Shown: positions 48,352 to 58,512 of the stretch, in pieces
How the letters are laid out: every line of letters starts with the position of its first letter
Numbering within the stretch: the stretch's first letter is position 1
From: the human T2T-CHM13v2.0 reference genome, Homo sapiens
Length of the DNA: 64,000 bases
NCBI RefSeq assembly: GCF_009914755.1
Contig: NC_060930.1
Reading direction: 5' to 3' (one strand)
Notes under the pieces: model-generated
The model's input: only the letters and a program-made list of their open reading frames with translations
What the model was told of the DNA's origin: nothing
Database searches by the model: none
Translations under genes and position numbers: made by a program

Positions 48352-51300
48352 TAAAAAAAGATTTCTGTGATCAAATTAGTTTGTAAAACTACATGCCCCT
48401 TTGGGGATTTCTAAAAACCCTACAGTAAAGTAATCGAGTTATCTTTATTATAAGGTAGCAGTCTGCAAATTTATTTCATCGAAGAATTATTTTCTTTTCA
48501 GTCCCACCTAGTAACATTTCATGGAATCATATGTCTTGAATCCCATTTTGGAAAACCAGGGAGGTGGCCTGCACTGGGTATGTGGAGCCGAGAGTCCTGA
48601 GTTTGACCCTTGGCTCATCCACTCAACTGGTTGTATGACTTTGAGCAAATCACAACCTCTTAATATTTCATTTTCACATTTGAAGAGTGAGGACAGTAAT
48701 ACCTGTCTTGATCTAAGTTGTTTTATGGTTTAAATGAAATTATTATGACAGTGTGCTTTAAACACTATTAAAGTTATACAAATGAAAGCTATCATTAGAT
48801 AGCTCGGATAAATATGAGGTCTTTTTGGAAATTAATAACATACAAGTGTAAAGAAACTTAACCTAGCAACTTTTACTGAATGATTGTGGATTTGAGTTTA
48901 CTTAGGGGCCAGCACTGAGGGGGAAAAGCAGCATAATACAAAGGTAAAGGTAGGACTAGAGAATGTTGGGTGTAGAAATGTCTTTGGGAAATAACTGAAT
49001 TTAACCCTCTAATTTTTAATTTTATGTTTGTAGAGATGGTGTCTGGCTATGTTACCCAGGCTGGTCTTGAGCTCTTGGGCTCAAGCAATCCTTCCGCTTT
49101 GGCTTTCCAAAGTGCTAGGATTAGAGGTGTGAACCACCACACCCAGCCTAACCTGCTCATTTTATAAATGACAGACCCAAGGCCTATATGAGGCAGGTGA
49201 ATGGCATATGGTCACTCAGAGACTTAATATTAGAAACATCTGATTCCCTCATTGCCAATGGCTGCCTCAATATGAGACAAATCATGGCCCCATCCAATTT
49301 TCAATTAAGAGATACAAGATACTTACATGACATAATCAGAAAAAAATACAACAGAGAACAATTTTTTTTTGTTTGTTTTTGACAGGGTCTTTCTCTGTCA
49401 CCCAGGTTGGAGTGTAATGGTGCAATGTCAGCTCACTGCAACCTCAGCCTCCCGCTCAAGCCATCCTCCCACCTAAGCCTCCCAAGTAACTGGGACTACA
49501 GGTGCACACTACCATGCCTGGGCCACCACGTCCAGCTAATTTTTTTTTTTTTTTTGGTAGAGATAGGGTTTCACCATGTTACCCAGGCTGGTCTCAAACT
49601 CCAGAGCTCAAGTGATCCTTTTGCCTCGGCCTTCCAAAGTGCTGGGATTACAGATGTGAGTCACCACATTCGGCCTCAGAATAAAATTTTAAAGCTCAAA
49701 AATTATTGCCAAAATAGGAAGGGCAATGAGAATCCAGGAATGAGTAGGCCAAGCAGCGAGGCTGGATTGGAAATGGGCCTGAATTTGGGGCCTTGAAGAA
49801 CGTATAACACTACATTGGATTTAGATAATGCAAGAGGAAAACTAGCAGAGTTCCAGAATGGAATGGAAGATGATGGTAGGAGACTAAATGTTGGGCAATA
49901 GTCTAAATAGTTGGGCATTATAGTTTTGGTGAAATATTCAACAGTAAGCATTTACTGGACATCTTTCAAATTTGATGAAGTTTTTGGAGCTTTGGAGGGT
50001 ATGAGAAGTAGACAACATCATCTCTTTAGGGAATTTCCTTTTTACTTGGAGAGAAGAACTAGAAACATTAAAAGTGGAGAATGTAAACAAATAGGATGCA
50101 ATGCAAAGGGGTGAAATATGCACTTCTTTAAGTATGTATGTGAACCCCTACACCTACTTCAAAACTCCTTAACACCTAGTCATCTCAGCAATGTGTTCTT
50201 TTTAGCTTCTTTTCTACATTGCTGATATAGTACTTTTTGGAGGTATCACAATCCATTGTAAACTCTGCCTTTTTTTTTTTTTTTTTTTTACTGAGCTGTG
50301 AGCTTCCTGTGTCCTCAGGGATGAGGACAGTGCTGGCATAGAGTCTAATACAATCAATGTACCTAGACATGTTCTCATCCCTGCCCCTCCAATTGAAGAG
50401 GTCAAGGCTTTGAGATGTGAAAATCATCATAAGAAAAGCTGCATTTGACTTACAGAAAATGAAAAAGAGGAGGAAGGAGCAAGAAAAGCCTTGGATGGTC
50501 TTGCCAAGATGGTAGGGGAAGGAAGTTCATTAGGAGTAGGTTACTTTCACAACAGGAAAATCTTTCAACCACTAAGAAGGCCAACCTTTTTTCTCTTTCA
50601 GGGAAAACAACACTAATATTATTCAAATCTTTTGGAAATGAGCAAATTCCTTCCTTTCCCCTCTGCCCTGAGGCCTCAACTTTACACAATAGTTTTTCAC
50701 ACCAGGTGACCTGGAGCTGGTAGCCTGGCAGGGGAGTTCGCAAGCCCAGGACTGAGAAGTCCAGGCCCCAGGGCTAGTTAGGGGAACAGAAAAGAAACTC
50801 ACCTTTGTTCATTAATATTTGCCTAGGGAATGAGGTATCTGCGTTAAACTTACAGAAAGCTGGTTAAAATCTTAACAACGTGGAGACGTGGAGATTCCCA
50901 GTATGCCAGTCCTAATGATCAGAAAGTTTTTAGAAAACACCTTGGGTGGCCCTACTGTAGTCTGCCCCATTGGATCCTTCCCAGGAAATGGCACCAGCGT
51001 ACAAGTTTTGCAGTATTCAGGGCACAAAAGATCATTTATTTTTCCAATTGTGAAGTGAACATTAGATAAAATTATTTCATTTCAGATTTTTTGAAAAGGT
51101 AAAAATAATAAGGAAAATACCCTCTCGAAAAGGCTTTTTATTTCGTTTACTGAAAGCTTCCAATAACGTGCCTAGTTTTAAACTAGGTTACTGTTATTTA
51201 TCACATAATCATCCCCACAGGTTTGATCACCACTAATTTGCAGATGCGGAAACTGACAAGCTCAGAGAGGCTCTCGGTTGCCTTTTGGGAAGTGGCCAAG

Positions 51301-52638
51301 GCGCGATTTGAATCCAGGTCTCTTACCTCCAGTTTCTGAGACCTTTCTAGACACCAAGGTTATCTCTTCAAATACTGCTGCAAGTAAACAGCTGTGTGAG
51401 TATCTAGACTTTTGAAGTTAGCAGACTCTAGGGAATAGGTAGAATAAAATATATGGGTATGTGTTCGCGGGAGCGCTTCTGCCACGTTTTATTCCGAGGC
51501 TAGCCTGAGAGATCATGGAAAACATTGCTTCTCCAAAACCACAGCGAAAAACAAGGAAATTAACAAGGCAGAATCGCGATGCGAGACTTGACAAAGTTGT
51601 TAATAAGGCGAAGGCCCAAAGCGCTATGCCAGGGCCTGCTACTTCATTTGTTTCAGCGATTAAACCAGCACGACAGGGGGCTGGAGGCAGGTAAAAAGCA
51701 GGCTCTTGCGTGGCCCGGACAGTTGATATTCCTGGCACTCGGTGTTCGAGATGTTTCCTTACAATTGCGTGTCTGTGCGGCTCGGTCTCCATATTCCACT
51801 CATTTTTGTCTCAACATTTTGTGGTATTTTATCACAAAATACGCCCGGCAAAGCAAAGATCCCGTTCAGTCTCTTTAAACACGGCTATCTTTTCTCAGGA
51901 GGCAGCCGCCGGGGCTTCACTCCTGGGCCACCAGCGACGTCCTCCAAGCGGGTCGAGCGGAGGCGCGTTCGCGACCCAGGGGCAGCGTGCCGAGCCCGGG
52001 CGTGGGGGGGCGTGGCCTTTCCACTCGGCGACCCCCGGCCACCGCCCACCCCGCGCGTGGGGGCGTGCGCGACTGCGGGGCGCGGAGAGGGGTGACCTCG
52101 GACTACCCTAGGCGCCCGCAGCACGCTCTGTACACAGACGCGAGGCGCTGTCCTGAGGTGACACCGGCTGCACGGCACAAGCAGCAGGCGCCGCCGATCA
52201 ACTAGTTCGCACCGAGGATTCCTCTTGGTGCGTGGCCCAGTTTTCCTTAGGACGGGCTCCAACCCCTCCCTGACACCGCCCCCCTCACCGCCACGCTCCG
52301 AGGCCTTCCCCGGGGAAGCCTCGCGTCCCTCCCCCGCGGCTCCGGGCCGCACGCGCGCGATTCCTCGATTCCACAGGCGGTTCGCGCCGCGGGTGGGGGC
52401 GGGGCGCGCGGGGAGGGGGCTGGCGGCCGCCAGGGGAGGGGGGCCGGGGCCCGGGGGGCGGAGGAGGGCCGGCGTGGGGAGTTCCTCGCTCGCGGACCAC
52501 ACGCTCCGCGGGCCAATCCCGAGCCAGCCTCTAGCAGTGTCGCACGCGGGACACGTCCAAGCGTTTGTTGGCACGGCCAGTGAGGGGGAGGGGGCGAGGA
52601 GGAGGGAGGGGAGTTGAGTGACAGGCTTTGCGGGGCAG

Positions 52639-52705
52639 GCTGGGAATTGTAGTTCCCAGCTTCCGTGGCCATAGCCATTTTGTAGTCGGGGGACTACAAC
52701 TTCCA
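52639..52705. promoter_or_regulatory. ACTACA(nn)TCCCA (ZNF143/THAP11-HCFC1 type) plus YY1 motif module
   Basis: TGGGAATTGTAGT (52641-52653) is the reverse complement of ACTACAATTCCCA. Also GCCATTTT (52674-52681, YY1 core) and GACTACAACTTCCA from 52692. Confidence 0.75.
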
Positions 52706-53239
52706 GAAGATCAAGGGGACCATTCTAAGGTGCCCCGGGAATAGGCGGCTCTCCCCGGGGCCGGGCGTCCTGGGGCACTCCTACCCAGCAGCCCGGCTGC
52801 AGGTAGACGCGAAGGCAGTGGCGGGGGCTGGCGTGGGGCGGCCGTGGGGTGAGCGGCAGGCAGGGGAAAGGGGGTGAGGTGGAGCGACGGAGCGTGCCAT
52901 GCATTGAGCTAGGGAGCCTCTCTCAATTCCACGCCTGGGCTCGGCGTGGGAGCGACGCCCGAGGGCTTGCCTGGGAGGGGTTCGTCGAGGTCGCTCGGGT
53001 GTCTGGTTGGCCAGGCTGCGGGGGTGCCCTGGACTGGGCCAGGGGCGGTCGGCACCAGGCTAAGCGGGCGCCTGGCGGCTGAGCGGTGGGAGTTTTCGGC
53101 TGGCGCCCGGCGGGGAATTATCCGAGGAGCCCTAACTTGTATAAAAGCAGAGTCCATTTAAAGTTGGGCTGGATAGCCTCTCTCTCATTGGTTAGGGGGC
53201 TTGGAAAAAAGAGACTCGGCGAGCCCTCGCTGTGGTGCT

Positions 53240-53260
53240 GCCGCCGCCGCCGCCGCCGCC
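53240..53260 (+). repeat. (GCC)7 trinucleotide repeat at the JARID2 TSS region
   Basis: Read directly: GCT(GCC)7GCT. Confidence 0.97.
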
Positions 53261-53263
53261 GCT

Positions 53264-53734
53264 GGAGTTGACTCTTCTGCTCGCACTGCTGCTGCAGCAC
53301 AAACGTGACTTCCAACATTTTTTATTTATCTTTCCCTTTTCTTTTCCAAGATGTAACTACGGATCAGACACTAAGGACCTTCACGTTTCGCTGATGTAGT
53401 TTTTGGAGGAAAAAGGGGGGGGAGTGAAGGGCGTCGGTTTTTTTTTGTGTGTGTGTGTATGTGTTTCGGGGGAAATTTTCCATTATGAGTGTTTTACTAA
53501 AGTGAATTTTTTTTTGTTTGCTTCGTTCGTCTTTGGCTCTTTTTTTTTCCTTCCCAATTTCGGATTTATTTCAAGGCGAATCTGGCTTTGGGGGAAGAGG
53601 AAGAAAAGTCGGATTACAAGATCAACCACCACCAACAACAATAAAAACCACCAGGATATTTTTTTGCAAATTTCTGACGGCTTTAAATTCATGAAGCAAT
53701 TGTCCCCTTTTGCAATCAGCATTTGGATCTCAGA
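53264..53734 (+). other. JARID2: JARID2 5' UTR (exon 1; TSS position approximate)
   Basis: Region between the promoter elements (reverse CCAAT 53187, GCC repeat) and the ATG at 53735. The exact TSS cannot be read from sequence alone. Confidence 0.65.
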
Positions 53735-53779
53735 ATGAGCAAGGAAAGACCCAAGAGGAATATCATTCAGAAGAAATAC
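53735..53779 (+). CDS. JARID2: JARID2 (protein Jumonji) coding exon 1, first 15 aa
   Basis: ATGAGCAAGGAAAGACCCAAGAGGAATATCATTCAGAAGAAATAC = MSKERPKRNIIQKKY, recognised as the JARID2 N-terminus. It is 45 nt long, followed by the consensus donor GTAAGT at 53780, and lies just downstream of a CpG island. Too short to appear in the ORF track. Confidence 0.96.
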
Positions 53780-54127
53780 GTAAGTGCTCCTAACAACACA
53801 TCCTTTGACTTGCAGTTTTAAGCAATGGCTGTGAATGTCAAGTTTATAGATAATTCTGCCTCTGAAGGGTTTTAAACACAGCGTCCGATAAGGCTGTTTC
53901 TTTTTTTTCTGAAAGAGGGCTTTTCAAGCAAAGTGGTGTCTGCCTAGTTTGGTTGAAAAAACAGACTGGTGTAGAGATACCTCAAGTGAATAAATTGACC
54001 TCGAATGACACAACCATAATCTACTTTTAGATGAAAGGCAAGGGATTTTGGTGGAGCTTGAGGTGGGGGGTGGCTGCGGTAATGTAACTAAACTGCATTC
54101 TCAAGCGGATTTGGCCCCGTATTGCAC

Positions 54128-54140
54128 TTTGCATGCAAAT
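54128..54140. promoter_or_regulatory. Octamer (POU/OCT) motif within a 12-bp palindrome
   Basis: TTTGCATGCAAA palindrome at 54128-54139; ATGCAAAT at 54133-54140. Confidence 0.6.
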
Positions 54141-55009
54141 GAGCCTGTGTTATTATTATTAATGTTATTTGGAAAAATCGTGTAACGCATGTGTGTTGGA
54201 AGCCCTTTAAGTTGCGATCGAGGGTCCGATTATGGCGATCTTCTCTTTGCACTGGCACATCAAATTTAATGTCTGTGGTCGTTTTGGCTTATCTGGTTTG
54301 CAACATAAACCAGTTGGGAATCATGTTACAGCGAATGCATTTGTTGGGATTGACTTTAATAATGAGGCTGGTTTTGTTTAAAAAATTCATGGTTTCCAGT
54401 TGTAGGGGAAAAGGACACACACTATGGCTAATGTTTTTAAGTGTGTACGTGAATGCATATGTAAGTAACTACAAATAATTTCTCCCTGTTAACTGGGCTT
54501 CTGAAATTGGGTGATTATTCCTAGATTTAAATGGCTTGGAATAGTTAAATTTGTTTTGTGCATAGTACAGCTACGTTTTGATTGGCATGGGGAGTGTTTT
54601 TGTTTTGTGTGTGGTGGCTTTTTTTTTTTTTTAAGTTTGAGGGGAGGGAGGAAAGGGGGACCGAGGGATTAACCAAATATGCACTCGAGTGATCTGTGAT
54701 TAGCTGCATGCTTTAAATTAAATAACTCTTTTTTTTTTTTCAAAAAAGGCCAAATGAACATACCTTAGGAATAATGCAACGTAAGAGGAAAGTTTATTTA
54801 AGTTGGGTAGACAAATTGGTGTTAATATTTTCCCTTTTTGATCATTGTGGTGTGTGTAATGAGAGATGACCTTCGGGGCACTGGTTTTGTAAAAAAATAT
54901 ATTTAATGGAAAAGCTGAATGCCTCTTCAAGAGAGCTGATCCTTATCTAGACACGTCAACTTCAACTATGAAAGAAATGCAAGGTTAAATAATCAAGCCC
55001 AACTTAGAA

Positions 55010-55830
55010 AGCTGTTCCATAAAGAATTTAAGAATTAAAATACATCCGCATTGCAGAGGGCTGGGTAGAATGCAAAGGACTAGTTTAAACTCGGGCTGTA
55101 GAAACTGCACTGAGGCAACCTTGTCTTGGAGCGTGGACGCCTTCCCGGGGCACGTCCGTTTCGGATGCAGCCACAAAGCAAATGGGGTAGAACTTGGACG
55201 AGAACCGCACCCCGCCTCCCATTCCGGACCTCGTTGAGGTGGAGAGCAGCGTGGGGTGGGTTTTCTTTCTTATTGCGGGCGTTCAGCGGATCGTGTCTCC
55301 GAGTCCGGGCGTCCGGCTGCAAGCCCGTGGCTGGCGGCGGCTGCGGGAGGCACGGCACGAGTTAATGCACCGGGAGCAGAGCCGGTGTTCCCGACGTCCT
55401 CGAGCCGGCTGCGAAAGGGACGGCCCGCGGGGGTCGCGGCAGGCTGGGCCGGGGCTGGGCGGGCGGGCGCGCGCGCGCGGCCTATAGGGGGCATACTCCG
55501 GGCTCTAGGCGGGCGCGCGAGGCGGGCACCGGTCTACCCGGGCCGGCTTGCAGGCGGGCAGGAGGGCGGGTGGGGCGCGGGGGTGGCGCGGCCTGCGGGG
55601 CGCGGGGAGGGGAGAGCGCGCGGGGAGGGGGTGGGAGCGGGGGCGGGGGCGTGGGCGTGCCGGGGAGGGGGCGCGCGGCGCACAGCTGCAGCGGGCGCCC
55701 CCCACCGCGCACACGGCCGAGCATGGCGGCGGCGGCCCGGCCGGCTTCCCGCGGCCCTGCCTGCGGGCTCCGACGCAGTCTCGAGAGCAACAGGTTAAGC
55801 CGGCGAGACGTCAGCGCGCCCCCTCTCCGC
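55010..55830 (-). ncRNA. JARID2-AS1: Probable antisense lncRNA from the intronic CpG island (JARID2-AS1 region; boundaries uncertain)
   Basis: Mostly recalled annotation plus the bidirectional CpG-island context. There is a minus-strand AATAAA at 54793-54798. Exons cannot be defined from sequence. Confidence 0.4.
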
Positions 55831-55936
55831 CCCCCGGTTCTTCCCCCGCCGCGCGCCGGCGCCCCAGCCCTTCTTCCCTCCCTCCGCCCCCCGCGGCGCT
55901 CGGTTCCCCGACGCTCCCGGCCGCACTCTGTTGTCA

Positions 55937-55996
55937 TTGTGACGTCACAAAGGGACGGGCTCGGGTGGAACCTTCCCCTCCTCCTCCGTGACGTCA
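55937..55996. promoter_or_regulatory. Tandem full CRE/ATF sites
   Basis: TGACGTCA at 55940-55947 (inside the 14-bp palindrome TTGTGACGTCACAA) and at 55989-55996. Confidence 0.85.
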
Positions 55997-56049
55997 AAAG
56001 TCGGGCGGGAGGCTCCAGGCGCGGCGGGGCGGCGGGGGGAGGAGGGAGC

Positions 56050-56160
56050 TGGGCGGGGGCGGGGGCTGCCGCAGAGCCGGGCTGCGGCGTGGGAGGAGGA
56101 AGAGGAGGAAGATGCGCTCGGCCTCTGCCTTCCGCTCCGGAGCGTCGCGCTTCCCACCAG
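56050..56160 (+). other. JARID2: Alternative first exon of JARID2 (start approximate)
   Basis: Lies downstream of CRE/GC boxes and ends at CCAG|GTGAGG. Consistent with my recollection of a JARID2 transcript variant with an alternative 5' exon encoding an N-terminally shorter isoform. Confidence 0.65.
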
Positions 56161-58206
56161 GTGAGGGCCGGGGAGCCGTAGGTCCCCAAAGGAGTGCCAC
56201 TGGACCCTGTTCTGATGCCACTTGGGAAGCGGGGAGCGGGGAGGAGGCGCCTCCTTTCTGCAGGAATGTTTTCACTTCCTCTGTTCCAGGTCTCCTGATG
56301 GTGTTGCATTACTAGCGTGGTGCATGTGTCCCCTCTCCAGTGCTTATGTAAAGAAATGAAAGTATTCAGGGAAAGCTGTGCTTTGTTGGAGGACCGCGTT
56401 GTGGATTTGGCCACCTTGTCACTTGAAGTCGTGTTAGGGGTGCTTCAGCAGGATGTGGCCGGATGCCTTTCATGATGATGCTGCACAGCAGCAACTGTTG
56501 CTCTTTCTGGAAGCTTTGTGGTACTACGGTGGGGGGGCTTTCCTTTGCTGTGCCGGCTCTGTACCTACTGACTGTTATTTTGGGGGGCTGGACCAAAGGA
56601 AGACTTGTCATTGATAAATGTACTGAGAAGAGCACAGGACTCCTTTAAGTCTCAAGGTGCTCTGGGCTTAGTTCTTCTGAGCAGGGAAACCAGAGGCTGG
56701 CGTTCTGTTTTCTCTTTTGTAAAATGGAAAAATACCTGCCATTGCCACTTAACTAAGTCACTGAAAAGATCATGTGCATGGAAGATGTAAAACAGTATGC
56801 CTCTTTATAAGTAAGGTGGCATTATTACTTGAGCTGGTGGAAGGCAGCACGTTTCCCACAATTGGTCTCAAAAGCCCGGGATGCCTGCTGAGTTGCCATT
56901 TAGTTTATTACCTTAGCAAAGCAGAGTTGGGGGTGCGATTGTCGATAGTAGGCTTTGGGAGAAATGATTGTTATATTTCGTAATAAATGATGTCCTTGAG
57001 AAACTCATAAGTTGCAGTGTAATCCTGTCTTAATTGTGTTGGGCACGACTCCCACTGCAATACCTTAAATAACTGAAAACATTTGCCTTTGAAAGCCCCA
57101 ATCGACTTGGACAATAAAAACAGTTGCATGTTTTGCTCTAGAGATATTTTCTGCCGTTTCCATCATTCCACTGCCTGGTTATTCCTAGGGAGAATAACAG
57201 ATAGGATACTGGGGCTTCACCACTATTTGATCAGGTATCAGTTTGAAATAGAGAATCTCTGCCTTATGAAGATAGTAATTCCTGTAGTTAGCATGAAAAC
57301 AAATTGCCAGTTTGATTTTCTAGGACAGCTCAAGCAGAATTTGTACCACTAGGCTGTAAGTTTTAAGTATCTAATTTTCTGATTTGAAAGTGTATGATTT
57401 AAAAATTGGAAAAAGTTTTTGTTATAAGCTTCAAAAGGATTTACTATAATTACAACTACGTAAAATTACAAAGAAAAAAGTAGGAAGAACACAAAATATA
57501 CAGTGGTTGGATTTATGAGGTTTTTTGTTTTAAAACTTATTCATCACAAATTGTTCAGTCACGTTATTTTACAGTTGGTGGGGTGGTGGGGAAATTTGCA
57601 CGTTATTTTATTGCTGTATTTTTTCTTTCCTGGGATGTTTACGTGGCTTTTCAGTTACTTGTTTCTAGTAGTGGAAAATCTTGCTCTGTGTTACTTAGGT
57701 GCAGGGCAGTGGCAGTTTAGCTCCTATCACTGTACAGGGACAGTATGGAAGGAAGACACAATGAAGTCCAAAGTGTCACTAAAATTTGAAAGAAAAATTA
57801 TGTCGACAAGTAATCCAACTTGGTTTATTATCCAGGTTATATTATTTTACAGTAGGCTAATACCTAACTTGTGTGTCCCTGTAGCCACTGGCCCAAATAG
57901 ACAACTAGAATTATTTGGTACTCGGTAATGCCTGTTTCCTCATAGTGGGTTAAACCAGTCCCTGTTGCTGGGCTGAAGGCTATTGACGCACTTCCAAGTG
58001 CCTTGGAAATAACTCCAGTGTTAATATATACCGTACTCCAAATGTTAAACTTTCCTCCTTCAGAACAAGACAATCTTTTGGAGTATATAATTGGTGTCTG
58101 TTACCTTCAAAATGGAACTTTTTTTTTTTTTTCAGAGAAGACACGAGAATGTCATATTAAAAGCGTAGTTCGTTAAAACACTTGGTGAAGGCTAACCTAG
58201 AGAGCA

Positions 58207-58512
<306 letters not shown>

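Larger units (their letters stand above)
51700..53300. promoter_or_regulatory. CpG island / main JARID2 promoter (likely bidirectional)
   Basis: Very high GC and CpG density, GC/KLF boxes (GGGGCGGGG ~52396, GGGGCGTGGC ~52007), CCAAT 52513-52517, reverse CCAAT ATTGG 53187-53191, TATAAAAG 53140-53147, no Alus. Confidence 0.92.
55100..56200. promoter_or_regulatory. Second CpG island: intronic alternative JARID2 promoter
   Basis: Extremely GC/CpG rich with many GGGCGG boxes, two perfect CRE sites and a strong donor CAG|GTGAGG at 56161. Confidence 0.88.

Noticed and set aside
51171-51187. Near-perfect palindrome CCTAGTTT-T-AAACTAGG
   Set aside because: 8-bp arms with a minimal loop are expected occasionally by chance in 64 kb, and there is no supporting context.
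53140-53147. TATAAAAG as the core TATA box of the main TSS
   Set aside because: It is a perfect motif, but it lies upstream of the CCAAT box and probably >100 bp from the main start region. It cannot be assigned without CAGE data.
51710-53318. Long Pro/Arg/Gly/Ala-rich ORFs in the first CpG island (e.g. 51885-52574, 229 aa)
   Set aside because: Stop-codon depletion from extreme GC content; several frames on both strands are open; no recognisable domain.
53640-53738. Calicivirus-like termination-reinitiation (TURBS) at the AUGA overlap
   Set aside because: No UGGGA motif at the expected distance upstream, and the uORF is short enough for ordinary leaky scanning.
54126-54140. Canonical SOX2-OCT4 composite element
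   Set aside because: CTTTGC directly before ATGCAAAT is one base short and mismatched relative to CWTTGTN-ATGCAAAT, so only the octamer is reported.
55723-55799. Strong-Kozak ATG (AGCATGG; MAAAARP...) followed by CAG|GTTAAG as another coding first exon
   Set aside because: The donor is weak and in phase 2, so it is out of frame with phase-0 exon 2.
55256-56414. 310-aa and 203-aa ORFs in the second CpG island
   Set aside because: Same GC artefact; low complexity.
57083-57928. 89-aa and 141-aa non-Alu ORFs in intron 1
   Set aside because: Non-ATG starts, AT-rich intronic composition and no recognisable homology.
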